Below, in pieces: positions 1 through 12,700 of a stretch of 32,205 nt of DNA (position 1 is the first letter of the stretch; each line of letters begins with the position of its first letter). The stretch covers positions 1-32,205 of the forward strand of contig NW_024705601.1 of NCBI RefSeq assembly GCF_018977255.1, in the 5' to 3' direction. The DNA is from Callorhinchus milii (lineage: Eukaryota). The notes under the pieces were generated by a model. The model was given only the letters and a program-made list of their open reading frames with translations. It was not told the origin of the DNA and made no database searches. The translations under genes were made by a program, and so were the position numbers.

Positions 1-3000
1 GAGAACACCACGCGACCCTGGCACCCTTGTTTCTTGTGGCTCATTTGGTATACGCTAGCCGATGGAGCTGGACTTATTTAGTGGCATACCCGTTCGTACA
101 TCTTGTAACGAACCTGCACGAGCCAAATACGTTATTGTAATGAAAGAACAAACTCGCCCATGGACAGTGATTCAGTAGGCCACCGCTATAAATCGTGTCT
201 ACAGGTTGTATTGTGTCACGCTCACGGCGCTTATTATCCTTCGCTATCTTGGAATCCGTGCCGGAGGCGACACAGCAAGGACGCGTCCGTTCCACCTTGA
301 AGGAAGGTTAGTGGGCTAATCCACTGGTCTTGACCGGACAAACCCTGGCATTTTAAACGCTGGTTCCAGGAGTGGCAGGCTCCATTCCGAACGCCGGGCA
401 TGTGCGCGAAGGGACAGTCACAGCAACCATTGGTAGGATGCGCGTTCTCACTAGAGTTCTCCCGTAACATCAGTGGTGTTGGATTCTCATGACAAAGGGG
501 TGGACAACGGTCGCGTAGCATCGGTAACATCCCGTTAGACATGCTTCCGTGGAAGATCGAAGTGGGGTTAACCTTCCCTAAAAGTCCTTCCCCTGCTTAT
601 ACAAAACCTCATACAGCGAATGATTTGACGAACGCTACACTAATATTACTTGATAGCGCTCTATCACCCTTGAGGCTCCAAAAATTCCTGATTTTCATCA
701 TCGGCAGATCAGGTCCTTTAGACGACTGATATATCACAACTGCAGTAGGGCACAAAGTAGCCTATCATCCCGAGGTATCCAACTAGCCTGTGGTAACCAT
801 CGGGTGCTACAGGGGGAAGCTTCCACAACATACTCGGGGTCAAGCACTCCAACAGAGATTGCCTATATCATGCTCTCACGATTGAATGAGGACCAATTAT
901 TATATACGTAAGTGCAGCGCACCGCCTATAGTTCATAGACTCATGTCGAGCCCGTATCTCGTGTGTAAACCAGTTAGCGATGAGTGTGCACGATGGCCGG
1001 CCTCTCCGTATGGTAGTGTGACTGGATCCTATTTCGCAGAAAGGACCAACGAAGCCGACATGTGGACTCCTATACACCGGTAGTATCGCACAAGGGGTAA
1101 GTGAATGTTTTATAATTGCACTACCTGTCGACAATACTAGCCCATTGGGGGATTATTGCTACCATCGGATCCTGGTCCCCTAACGGGACTAGTAAAGGCA
1201 TTTTAGTGTAACGGTTGAACCAATACAGCAATAAGCACAAGTACGACGTGATTTTAATACTCCGCAACGGGGCACTAATCTGTGTCGTGACTGTAAGAAA
1301 TAGTCAGATGACGGATCAACTGCGAGCACGCCTAGCTAGTCAGCATGGGTAACGGGGCCCTGACGCCTAGGCCGGGACACTGCACCGCCGTTGCACTCCG
1401 AGATCGGCTTTGCTTCTACTAATTCAGGCTTTAAGAGCTACGCTGTCGATCTCTCGCATACGGCCATATGGTATAAATAGATTGTCTCTGCAGACTCCTA
1501 GTCCAACAATTACCGGCCGAAGTCTTATAGGTCATTAACTAACTGATAGACTCTCCCCTAGTGAACCGTCGCCAATGAAATTCGTTACCTGGTGCTTAGA
1601 TCGGAATTAAAACTATATTGCCGTGCAAGAAGAAGAAATATCAGCGATTATCGATGCTCCAATTCAAAGAAGAGTGTTCGGATATAGCGCGGAGCTGGTT
1701 AAGGGCACGACCGTGTCCAGACATACCATACCCCCTTGGAGATAACCGAGGAGGGAACAAGCATTCGACTTGGAAAAAGTTGGATTGTTTGCAGTCTGTA
1801 CTTAGTAAAACTCTTGTCTTCTTCCACTTCATGGAAGCGTGAATAGCAAAGACTGGCTCATAGCGACGAAAGCGATGAGACGGACCGGTCCCATACATAC
1901 GGCCCACCTAACTCTTTCAGCGTTAATGCTCAGAGGCCTTTAATGGTAATGCTCGGCCAACTGTCCGTACAAATTACGTCTGCGCACAGAGTCTATCTAG
2001 GCTGTCTCAACCTAAGGGGGTAATGGGGCACTCGTCTGGGAGTTAATCAGAGCCAGCCTCTATAGTCTGACCGTGTACGAGAATATTATGGTTTGGGCGT
2101 GCTATGGTAATGACTCTAATCCCTGATCAGACTCGGGCGGGACCCTTTCTTTGCACGAGCTTCATCACAATCTGTGCTCAAGTAGATCGCTCCCACGTAT
2201 GCGTGTCACGGGCGTCTGTCAAGTAAACCAAGTTGCCAACATTCCAAGTCACCTACAGCTCACAATGGGTCGTGCAACACATTCCAACCGTTCCAACAGT
2301 ATCTCCTGGTGCTATAGAAAGACCATAGCCAAAGCGATATTCGATTGGTGTGTAACGGCCTAGCCGATATCGTAGTATTGCATCATTTCAATGCAGGGTT
2401 GGGCGTCATAATAAGGCACACATGCGAACTAACATTCTACCCCCGAGAAAGGTCTGAGACGGACGGACCCTCAGGTCACTTATGGGGGGCTCCAAGGTGG
2501 GATCGAGTCCTCAAACCAAAATCCAAGGGAGACAAGAGAAGCCGACTTGCTGCTCCAGCCATCGGCCTTTTGAATTGCTAGAGCGGTCTTTGGACCTGAA
2601 CAACGACTGCGCAGGCGCCGGTAACCCTATGGTCTATATTGCTTGATTCGTCCACGGAACCCTTACTTATGTCAAAGGTAAAATCTGCGTCTGATCAAAC
2701 AGAGTGCGACTTAATTCCCGCAGCTAGCGAGCGGTATTCCAAATCCATCGACGACTACTGTGAAGGGGGCCCGGGTGCAGGCGATATAATTACAATAGAT
2801 ATTGTCGCAAGTTACGTGACGCCATAGAAGCCTTACCCGGTCATTACAGTCCGCATGAAGTGGACCAGGTCGTAGACTTACGTGGTATACGTCCTCAAGG
2901 GTAAAAGAAAGGACGAGACAGAATTTAGGGGCCCGTTCGGCGACTAGTGTACAGCGCGTTGAAGTCAAACGACTCAAGTAGCTCCGTTCACAACTGTCAT

Positions 3001-6000
3001 TTGAGAGTAACAATGTGATTGGTCATCCGGCGTTACGTACTTACGAGGTTCCGCTAGCGACTACTTCGTCACGGCGTGTTCAAAACTTGCGTAATTAGTC
3101 TCTTTTAGCAGGTTACCAGGCTAGCTTACACATTGCGACTTAGACTATGAAACTAGGTCTGCGACGTCTCGCTTCACACGCTATGAAGGCGATTCCAGTC
3201 GACTATCCCTTAGTACTCTGGCTTGGAATCAGCAGTAGTTATTAGTACGGTAATACAATAATCTGCAGTCAGGCCAGACCCGATTTACTTAAGCCCAACG
3301 TTTTAGCGCGGTCAAGGCGGCATACCAGGTTCACTGTAGAGATGGGTCGACGCTGCACCGTGCGTCCGCGAGATAGCCGGAGCAATGAGGCGGGCGGAAC
3401 GAGATATAGTGACCACGGTCGCGAGCATATCAGAAGCTACATGGCGACGTCCCATAGTTCCCTTGTATATGTCGGAAAGAACAGCTCGTTAATCACTGTC
3501 GGTTTCTAAGCATGCTAGTAGATACGCGTAACTCACTACTCTAGATCTCGTTTTTCAGTGTTAATTTTCGGTCTGCGTACGAATTCCGGCAGAGGGCTGG
3601 CAGTAACTTGCCGAAGCTCCAGTTTTCGGTTCAAAGAGGGTATAATCAGATGAGCGGCTCCTAATTTTGATGCAAGGAGATCAGCCCGGTTGATATGGAG
3701 GTGTACCCAAACTCGGAAATGTATATCGGATGGATTGATAACGACGAACGAATTGATGCAAGAGTGACAACTCGGAGGACTTTAGAAATTATGCTTACAG
3801 TTAGAAGTTAGAACACGATGTCAGCAGCGTTTTAGGGCTCGTACAGTTAGACATACCGTAAAGCTCATATGCTGTGTGCGATCGTTTTGCATAAGTCCCT
3901 ACGTGGTGGAGGTGTTCAGAGTGCCAGAAAGGGATAATTTTCAAGGGCGATACACTGTTAAGGAAGGTCGCTAAAAACAAATTCGCCGTGTGCACGTCAG
4001 GAGAAAACCCTGGGGAAATCTGACAATTGCCTGTGCGGTGAACTGAACGGTCTTCTGAACAGGGGATGTCAATAAGGACACGGAACCAGGTGCGTTGCGC
4101 GGGAATTAAAACACAAAACTGTTATTTCCAAGAAGTGACATGTTGAAGCTCTCTCCCCCGTTTATGAACATCCCATCAACAATTGACCGCCGACACAACT
4201 AGTTGTTCCATCGAACTCTTCGTGAGAGCCGGGACTGCGGGTTGGTCCAACGAAACAAAGCCGTGGCAGGCGACATCTTGGCAAAGTACCATCGTTATCG
4301 AATTAGTTTTCCATACTGGTGGCGGTCCGGCGAGATAATAGAAAAGGCACGAATAGCTACGCGAGAAGTTTCGTGGAGACCCCGTATAATTGGCTGAGAA
4401 TCACAGAAATGCAGGCCTTATTGAAATTTGCCCAAACGTCATCGCGTCTGACTCGGCTTCCTCTACACCCTACGTGACTCGAAGCCTCGTCGATTCCGAG
4501 ACTGACTCAGCTCAGACAAAGGCAAGACCAGGGATGCAGGTTGGTGGCCCTGCAAAATACCAGTGTGTAACAAGGCTGTCTACACACATGCTATAATTTT
4601 CCTTGCAGTGAAAAGAGTCTCGACGGGTTGACAGTATCAAATAATTCTACGATGGAACGGCATCCTGCCACACGCAATGACCAATTTCTATTGTTCGAGC
4701 CACGGAAAGCGGAGTCATCACCTCGTTTCTAAGTCCAGCACAGAGAGTAGAAAGACATTTGAATAACGCTGGCAGTTGGTAAGGAAGCCCTCCCCTCAGA
4801 TCGGATGGGGATTACTTAGGGGCACGGATTTGAATGTGCTGTCCTCCGATCTCCGACTTGCGCAAGCTCCAATAAGGTTATTCTGGGAGTTCATGCCGTC
4901 GAAAGGTAGGCTTGTAGCGGCTGTAAGCCCCTGTAACAATTCGTGGCATAAGGTAGTCTAGAACTAACCTTGAACGCTGGGGAATAGCGGATTACACTGA
5001 CAAGAGGAAATTCGGTCACGCAGGAACTTCATTAACAGAGAAAGTACCTACACGTCTCACATACATGCTTTGACGTTCTAAAGCCCAACGACCGGGAGGC
5101 TCAACACGTATAGCTCTTTGCAGGCAGTTGAGTATCCGTCTCTGTTGCACCATAGACTACTTCAGTCACGGCACAACCGGTTCCACGATTCCTCCAACTC
5201 GGGGCCTGAAACTAAGACTTCGTACTTTAACGGCTGTTTGGACATGCCAAGGGTACGGTTCGTTACCCACGCGTTTACCTCGATCGCCAACTATGAGTCG
5301 GGGTCTAGCCTGACCCCGATATCGAACTAAAAGACCACTTTTCTGTGGTTATTTAGTCATCTTGTCTGGAATACTGTTTACCTCATACTTCGTTGGTGGG
5401 GCAACGTGTGCCAAGATATTTGTCTCCTTACGTCCCTTCCGGCTCCCAACCGTGCGTACGCCAACGCGTTCTAGGGACAACAGGGGATTGCTAAAGCGAT
5501 CCTACATATCGAAATAATCAACTGAATTAAATCCATAAATGAAGCGCTACTGACGGGGGTGTTCCCCAAGATGGGCATATCCAGCTTTAACATGAAAGTA
5601 TGCTCGAGAAAAGCGACTTTTCGGGCATCACTTCAATGAATTCGCAGACTCACAACATGATGGAGCACTTAAAGACGCTCAAATGCTGCTACTACCTCAC
5701 TTTCTTGCCTCGCGAAAAAGAGAGCGGGCCATCCTGCGGATGCAAGTACTGTGGAAGATGCACTAACGTATGGCATACCCACTTCATCGGAAGATTAACG
5801 AGTAAAAATACTAACGTTAAAACGACAAAATGTTTTGCTTGGCGGTACCAGTAGCGGGACGGCCACATCCCCATAGGGTCCGAGTGTGGTCAGTGCGGCG
5901 CTTTGGACCGACGAGTCGTTCAATCTCGCGCAGAACCGCAGCCGAGCGTTCGAACGCGTTGTGAACCTTAACTGTTAAGACAGCAGGGAATCGACTCCGG

Positions 6001-9000
6001 CATGCCTTGACCCTCGCGTAGGATAGTGGGTCCCTTGAATTATAGTCGGGAGCGTTGATAGGTCCCACCGAATGTCTACATTCGCCGTTCGGTAGACGCA
6101 CGCGGTCGGTAAGGTGGCTCGTTTCCGTCAGATCCTTTATACGAGACGGGCGCGGAATCAATGGGATGAATGTAAAACTTATCAGAGGACCAGTGCGGAT
6201 CTTTTGTACTGCTGGGTCAGTGAAGTTTCCCGCCCCTACACGCAATCAATAGAGTGCCCCACCGTCATGTTGATAGGACCGGCGTATTTCCGCTTACGCG
6301 ATCGGAAAGCCTGTCGGCCGGTTGAACGGTTTAGTTAGTTAGATAGAGCAGTCTTCAGTATTTTCTCTGGTCAATTGCCTTTTAATGAACGCTGAACTTA
6401 GCCTTGCAAACGCCAGCCAATGTGGCGAGGAGAAAAGGCAACTTGGACGAAGTGCTGAGTTGCCTCGCCATGTCAACAGATTTAGGTAGTGTCCGGGCTT
6501 TAAGTTGGGTTGAGAACTGACATAAGATCGGTCCAAGCGGCCCTAAGCTGAGGCCGACTAATCGCTGTCGTTGGGATGTACACGGCATAAAGGTGTGCCT
6601 AGCCCACCACAAATCGGGTGGGTTATTTATGATTCTGGCCCATGGGAACTCTTATACTGCATTCAAACCTTTTTAACTTTTACGCTTGCCAATGATCAAA
6701 CTTTCCATCCTTGCAAGTATGAAAGGCCGTACCATACACGTAACCGGCAACCCGTTCTGATTCTCTATTTGTGGGTGGGAACACGCGCCAACGCTGGGTC
6801 TTCGGGGGAGTCTTTTTAGAGCAGAGGGCTTACGGGACGATTAAGCCATAGCCCCGAGATGGCATTTTAAAAAATCACAGCCAAGACTACCTCTGAGGTA
6901 TATTACCTGTGCACCGTACAGGCCCAGTGACGCGAGTCCCCGGAAGGAATCCGTTTAAGCGGACATATAACGGTCGACGTATTGGGCCGGCACCTATAAG
7001 CACCACGCGATGTTTGGGTAACGCTTTAAGCACTTATTGGTCATTTCGACTTGCTTTAACGGTACCTACTTAGAGCAGCAGTCCAATATACTGGACCGAA
7101 TTAGTTTCTACCGAAGCCTAAGAAACATTCACAGAGAGGGCTTGGCGGACGGCTGCCATTCACGATAGGTAGACTATGTCACGGTGAAATCCGGATGTTA
7201 CTTACTAAGGAACCTGGAACCTGCAGAACATTTTTTTGCGCCATTCATGGGTTTTCCCAAAACACTGTGCACGGGAGCTCTCTAGTTGCACTACCCACAT
7301 CGCTCCGAATGTGAACCGTTTCAGGCAAGAGTTTATTGCTCTAGCGGTAATGTGCAGCCATTGGGAGAATCGGGTAAACCCTCAAGTCGTGCAGACAGTG
7401 ACAGGCTGAACAAACAACGTTGGGCGTATTGCCGTTAATGTTGCGCAGTCCAACGAGATAGGATCTCTTCGTTCATGGCGTGAACCGCTCTACCGGACCA
7501 GATCCAAAATCCGTAAGTCGTGAGAATTCCACCTATGCATACTGGGTCTAACATTAGTTGCGGCCCCCCCCACCGTTGGATGGCGCATGCTGCATTGCGC
7601 AGGCTCATTACACCCAACACGACGTCCGTGATCATGGGTTTAGCCCGTAAAGTCAGGTGTGGCCAGCTCATTCAGGAATGTAGGTCTCGTTGGAACGCTG
7701 GCTTGGAAAGTGCTCTTTTGCTGTCGGTCTCAGGGCCTTCCTCGCCACCCACAACATCTTATCGTCCATTAATTAAAGAGGGCTGTGGGTCTAACGTTGC
7801 CGGCAGTGGGCTAACCACATACGCGCGCGGCGCTCGCCAGGTTGTCCGATGGGAGATAGGCAAAGGTCCAGGTATTATCAGGTACCAATGAGCCTCGCGA
7901 GGACTGTTCATAGTCTAAAGGCACACTTTGCCTGGCGGATCTCACCGATGAAGTTACTTGGCGGTAATGATCATGCTGGTACTTTGTTCAAGGCGATCGT
8001 ACTCTAATGTTCCCGCGGCTTTCAGGAACAGAGGCCGCATCCGGTAAGCGCCCTTTGCCTTGTGTCGCCGGGACACCCTCCAGCCCGTAGCGTAGTGTAT
8101 GAAAGCCTTGCTACATACTATATCCCATCAGCTCGCTGAATAGGATGTGATTGCATGCTGGGAATATCTCCAGCGGACCCGTATAAAGGCGATGTCCAAA
8201 AAGGTTGCAGAGTCCGAATAACCATAATATTTCGGGACCATGAGGCCTAGCACTGGTGTGCACAATGGCATCGGGAGGTAAAACGTAGCCTCTCACGGGC
8301 GCACGGACTTCGACCAATACAGGAGTTGAGCCAAAGTCGTTCGAAGCCTTGGCGAGGGCGTTACCAGTTAGCATAAAACGAATAATATCATCACCCTTCT
8401 TCGGGAAACTAGCCCAAACAGTAACGTACCGTTTAACCGGGGTAAATTACTGATCGTTCGTTGGCATAAGCTGGATTTAGGCAATACTCGGTTCTCTACA
8501 CATCTCGTGGGGCGACTCAAGATATCCGCTTAATTTCTCAACTGCATGGACTGTTGGCGAAATGACGGCTATCAATCAACAGACTATGCGAATCCACGGT
8601 AAATCGCTTTATTAAAATAATCTATCCAATAGAGAGTGTATACAAATTGCATCGCTGCTGAACTCATGATCGGGCCGTGACAGTTCACCTACTCCGCGAG
8701 GCAAGCTTTCTTCGGCAAAGATCACAGTCGAAGAGCTGCATGTCCTCAATCCGCGGGGCATAGTCTCCTCGTCCGCCCCCGTTGGAAGGCTTGACTGTCT
8801 TTACCTTAAAGCGTCTGTACTGCAACTGTTCGCCAGCCACCCTTGGATGACCGGCAGGTTAGGAGCTCAATCTGTTCGGCCGTGTCCTATCGCAAAAAAT
8901 GTCTCAGAATGATGAGTCCCGTCTTCCCCAGCTGCGACTAACCAGAAATTTCAGAATGCCGGAGTGATTAGTGTTGTCCGGTCGCCACGCTTTGCTACCC

Positions 9001-9041
9001 ATCCTCTGCAAGATAGTTACGCTTGAGCCTGCCGCCGTACT
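1..9041. other. Featureless random-like sequence (probable synthetic/shuffled padding or chimeric join)
   Basis: Roughly even base composition. No tandem or simple repeats seen. Longest ORF in the track is 142 aa with no recognisable motif. Ends abruptly at 9041/9042 inside an LTR. Confidence 0.75.
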
Positions 9042-9325
9042 ACATCGAACTAGGGGAGTCCAGGGCTCTATCTAAGACGTCTTCAGTCTTCTTCCCTTAG
9101 CTTAAACATAACTGACTCGAGCCCTTTGAACATCCCCTTTTATACCCAACCCCTCCCTGAGGGGTGGGGCCCCGGGGGATCATAACGTTCGAACCAGCCC
9201 CCCCCAGGGTGTCTGGCTCGGACGTCGTAGAGGGCACCTCCTCGTGCACTTACGTAGCCCCGCCCACTGTGTTTGTTTTCCATAGGCTGCCATGCATAAC
9301 GGGCCCTCTCTTTAACACCCCTACA
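9042..9325 (-). repeat. 3' LTR of Gypsy A (partial, 284 of 588 bp)
   Basis: Identical by eye to 15324-15607. Begins TGTAGGGG on the minus strand directly after the PPT. The match stops at 9042. Confidence 0.95.
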
Positions 9326-9340
9326 TCACCCCCCCCCCGC
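9326..9340 (-). promoter_or_regulatory. Polypurine tract (PPT) of Gypsy A
   Basis: Minus strand has a G-run followed by TGA immediately before the TG start of the 3' LTR. The same arrangement occurs in copy B. Confidence 0.85.
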
Positions 9341-9552
9341 ATAGCTTGCAGCCGTCCCGGCTGCCAACATACAAAAATGACAATAAAAGTGCATTTACAC
9401 CTTGACCGCGCGTGTGCCTCACTATTTTTCAACAATAACAAGAACAGCAACAAGAACACAACAAAATGCAACAGCAAGAAGAGAAAACAACCCGACGCAC
9501 CCCCCCTTGAATAAATACGAATTCCGTAAAAAAAACAACCTATATACAATTT

Positions 9553-9719
9553 GCAGGGAACCCACCATACACACAACACCAGGTGAACCCAACGTATGTA
9601 CATTTCAATGGGCAGGGAACACACCACCCACACAACACACAATGAACCCAACGTATGTACATTCAATGGGCAGGGAACACACCACCCACACAACACACGA
9701 TGAACACAACCTATGTACA
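9553..9719. repeat. About 3 tandem copies of a 58-59 bp unit in the 3' UTR of Gypsy A
   Basis: GCAGGGAAC starts at 9553, 9612 and 9670. Units share ACACAACAC...TGAACCCAACGTATGTAC. Confidence 0.85.
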
Positions 9720-9731
9720 CATCTTCCGGCC

Positions 9732-12700
9732 TCATAACAGTCTGCGCATTTTTGCGCGCGTCCTTGCAGCGGGCCCCTCACACGGGGTAACCCCGGGTGG
9801 CGGACCGTCAGGTGGCAATTGTCCGTCCCGGAGTGAGTCCTCATCCGATGCCGCGCGACCGTCGGTATCCCCAGGAGGGGTGGTCGGGCGTGAGCCCGTC
9901 AGTCCTGATGCACCTGGAGGTGGCACGGCCGGCAAGGCATTAGGTGAGAACGACGGAGACGGACCCAATGAGTCGGTCGACCCCCCACACGTTTGGCCAC
10001 GCATGTGTGAAGTGGGTTTGTGTACCGCAACGAAGGGTTTTAACCTAGAGGGGTGCACGAACCATCGCCGCTTCCCCCATTTAATGCGCACGCACTGTGG
10101 TCGCAAAACTTCGACCACCTCCACAGGGCCCCGCCACGGCCGCACCAGCTTAGAGGAGGTAGCCAGTGGCACTTGGGGACAGTGCAGCCATGCCTTGTCC
10201 CCCGGCTTCCACTGTATCATGTGCGCCCGACCCAGCCTGAGGCGCTCATTCGCCTTTTGACGGAGGTCCGAGTTTAGCATTGCAGCATCCCGCGCCTCTG
10301 TTAATTTGGCCAGATTAAATTTGACGTGGTCAGCCAATTTAGTTTTCCCTTGCGGCTCGGGGATCTGCAGCTGGGCGCGAACAGGCGGGTCGGGTTCGCG
10401 ACCGTACATGAGGTAAAAGGGGGAAAATCCCGTAGCTGCATGGGGTGCCATCCGGTATGCCGCCAAGACCCCTTGAATATGCAGGTCCCAGTCAGTCTGT
10501 GAGTCCGAGACCTGCTGTGACATCATTGACGTAATGGTGCGATGCAGGCGCTCGACCATCCCGTCAGTTTGCGGGTGATACGGGGAGGTACGAATTTTCT
10601 TCGTGCCTAGGAGGTCACAGACTTGTTTGAGTAATTTACCGGAAAAATTTCTGCCCTGGTCGGTCAGCAGCCGCTCCGGAGCACCTTTGTCCAGGACGTA
10701 TCCCTGAACAAAGGCCTCCACGATGGCTGCTGCCGACTGGTTGGCAAGGGGCCAGGCCATAGGCCAGCGTGTAAAATACTCGACACCAGTCAACAAATAC
10801 CTATTGCCCCTTGGGGTGGCGGGAAATGGGCCCAAAATGTCCAGCGCGACAAGCTCATTTATTCTGGACACTTTGATCGATTGCAAGGGCGGGTTAGACT
10901 CCCGCGCCGGCGGTTTCCGTTGCGCACACCGAGGGCATGATCCCAATAGATCCCCAACATCCCTCGTCATGCCAGGCCAAAAAAAATCAAGTTGTAGCAG
11001 TGCAAGAGTCTTTTGGGTCCCCAGGTGTAATAGGCGCTCATGCGCGGCCCACACCACCTTGCCTCGCAACCAGAAGGGACCACCAGCCGATGTCGCTGGG
11101 ATTTGCCGTCCCAATGCATCAGCAGACCTTGCACCATTTCCCATGCATCCGAATCACCCTTCACACCCCAGCACCCCCGACGCGACGACGCCACCCGAGG
11201 AGGGAGGTATCCTCCATTTGGAGGCGCCCCCATTCAGTGACGGGCAACCCCAACAGGGAATCTCTTCCCTGTTGTTCGATCGAATTAGTAACCAATGGTT
11301 CGTCGTCGTCGGTGGCTGCCAAGATCGGAACCGATGCGTCCCCTGAAGGCCTGCAACGTCCCGACCCCAGGAGGCATGCACATTCGGAGGTGGTTGGCAT
11401 GCGCGACAGAGCGTCCGCATTCGTATGGCGAACGCCCTTACGGTAGGTGGTTTCAAAATCAAAGTCCTGGAGAACCTCCAACCATCGAGACAACTGTCCC
11501 GATGGTTGTTGAACTCGCAGGGCATACTGTAGTGCCGCATGATCTGTGCGGACGGTGAAATGCCGACCGTACAGATATGGGCGATACTGTTGGATGAAAT
11601 AGACAATTGCCAACAGTTCCCTACGGGTGACACAATATCTTTGCTCCGCAGGAGACAACACCCGACTACCGTACGCGACCACCCGTTCCACGCCATCAAC
11701 CACCTGGGAAAGCACACCCCCAATACCCGTGTTGCTCGCATCGGTGTCGAGCAAAAAGGGCTTAGAAAAATCTGGGTAAATCAAGGGAGGGGCTTTTACC
11801 AGGGCGTCCCGAAGGGAGCAGAAAGCAGCCTCCTCCTCTTGACCCCAGTGGAACCGAACCCCTTTAGATGTTAAAGCGTGCAGGGGTTTTGCAATTGTCG
11901 CAAAATCAGCGACGAACCGTCGGTAATACGACGCGAACCCAATGAAACTCCTGACCTCTCCCACCGAGGTGGGAGTCGGCCAGGAGCTGACACACTGCGT
12001 TTTGGCGGGATCGGTAGCAATACCTGAGCGTCCCACGATGTGCCCCAAATAACGCACCGAATCGCGCAACAAATGGCATTTTTGGGGCTTGAATTTCAAA
12101 TTAGCAGCCCGCATCTTTAGGAAAACCGCCCGCAACCTCTGGAGATGTTCGTCAAAAGTTTTACTAAAGACGATAACGTCATCCAAATAAATGAGGCACG
12201 ACTCCCATTGCAATCCAGCCAAAACCAATTCCATCAAACGCTGGAAAGTTGCCGGCGCTGAGTGTAAGCCCATCGGCAACCGGTTGAATTGGAACAGGCC
12301 GTGCGGTGTACGGAAAGCAGTTTTAGGCTTTGAATCATCGTCCAGAGGAAGCTGCCAGAATCCCGAAAGTAAATCCAGTGTGGAAAAGAATCGCGCTCCC
12401 GCCAAGGCGTCCAGCGATTCATCCATCCGAGGGAGCGGGTATGCGTCGGCAACCGAAATTTTGTTAAGACGCCGGAAATCAACGCAAAACCGCAACGAAC
12501 CGTCCTGCTTTTTAACCAGGACGATCGGCGCTCCCCAAGGGCTGGTGGAAGGAGAAATGATGTCGGCGGCCAACATGTCATCAACAGCCGATTTGACATG
12601 GTCCTTTTCGGCGGGACTCAACCGAAACGGATTTTGGCGAATTGGCGCGCTGTCACCCGTGTCAATATGGTGACGCAGCAGGTGAGTACAACCCAAATCG

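Noticed and set aside
3291..5090. 10-mer AAGCCCAACG at 3291 and 5081
   Set aside because: Dozens of chance 10-mer pairs are expected in 9 kb, and there is no periodic array or CRISPR structure.
74..8374. About 30 short ORFs (60-142 aa) in the first 9 kb
   Set aside because: No recognisable motifs, and they overlap on both strands with lengths typical of random sequence.
9164..9844. Hydrophobic ORFs after the integrase as a possible env gene (also 24580-25084)
   Set aside because: They are short, derive from UTR tandem repeats and AAC-rich low complexity, and show no env motifs.
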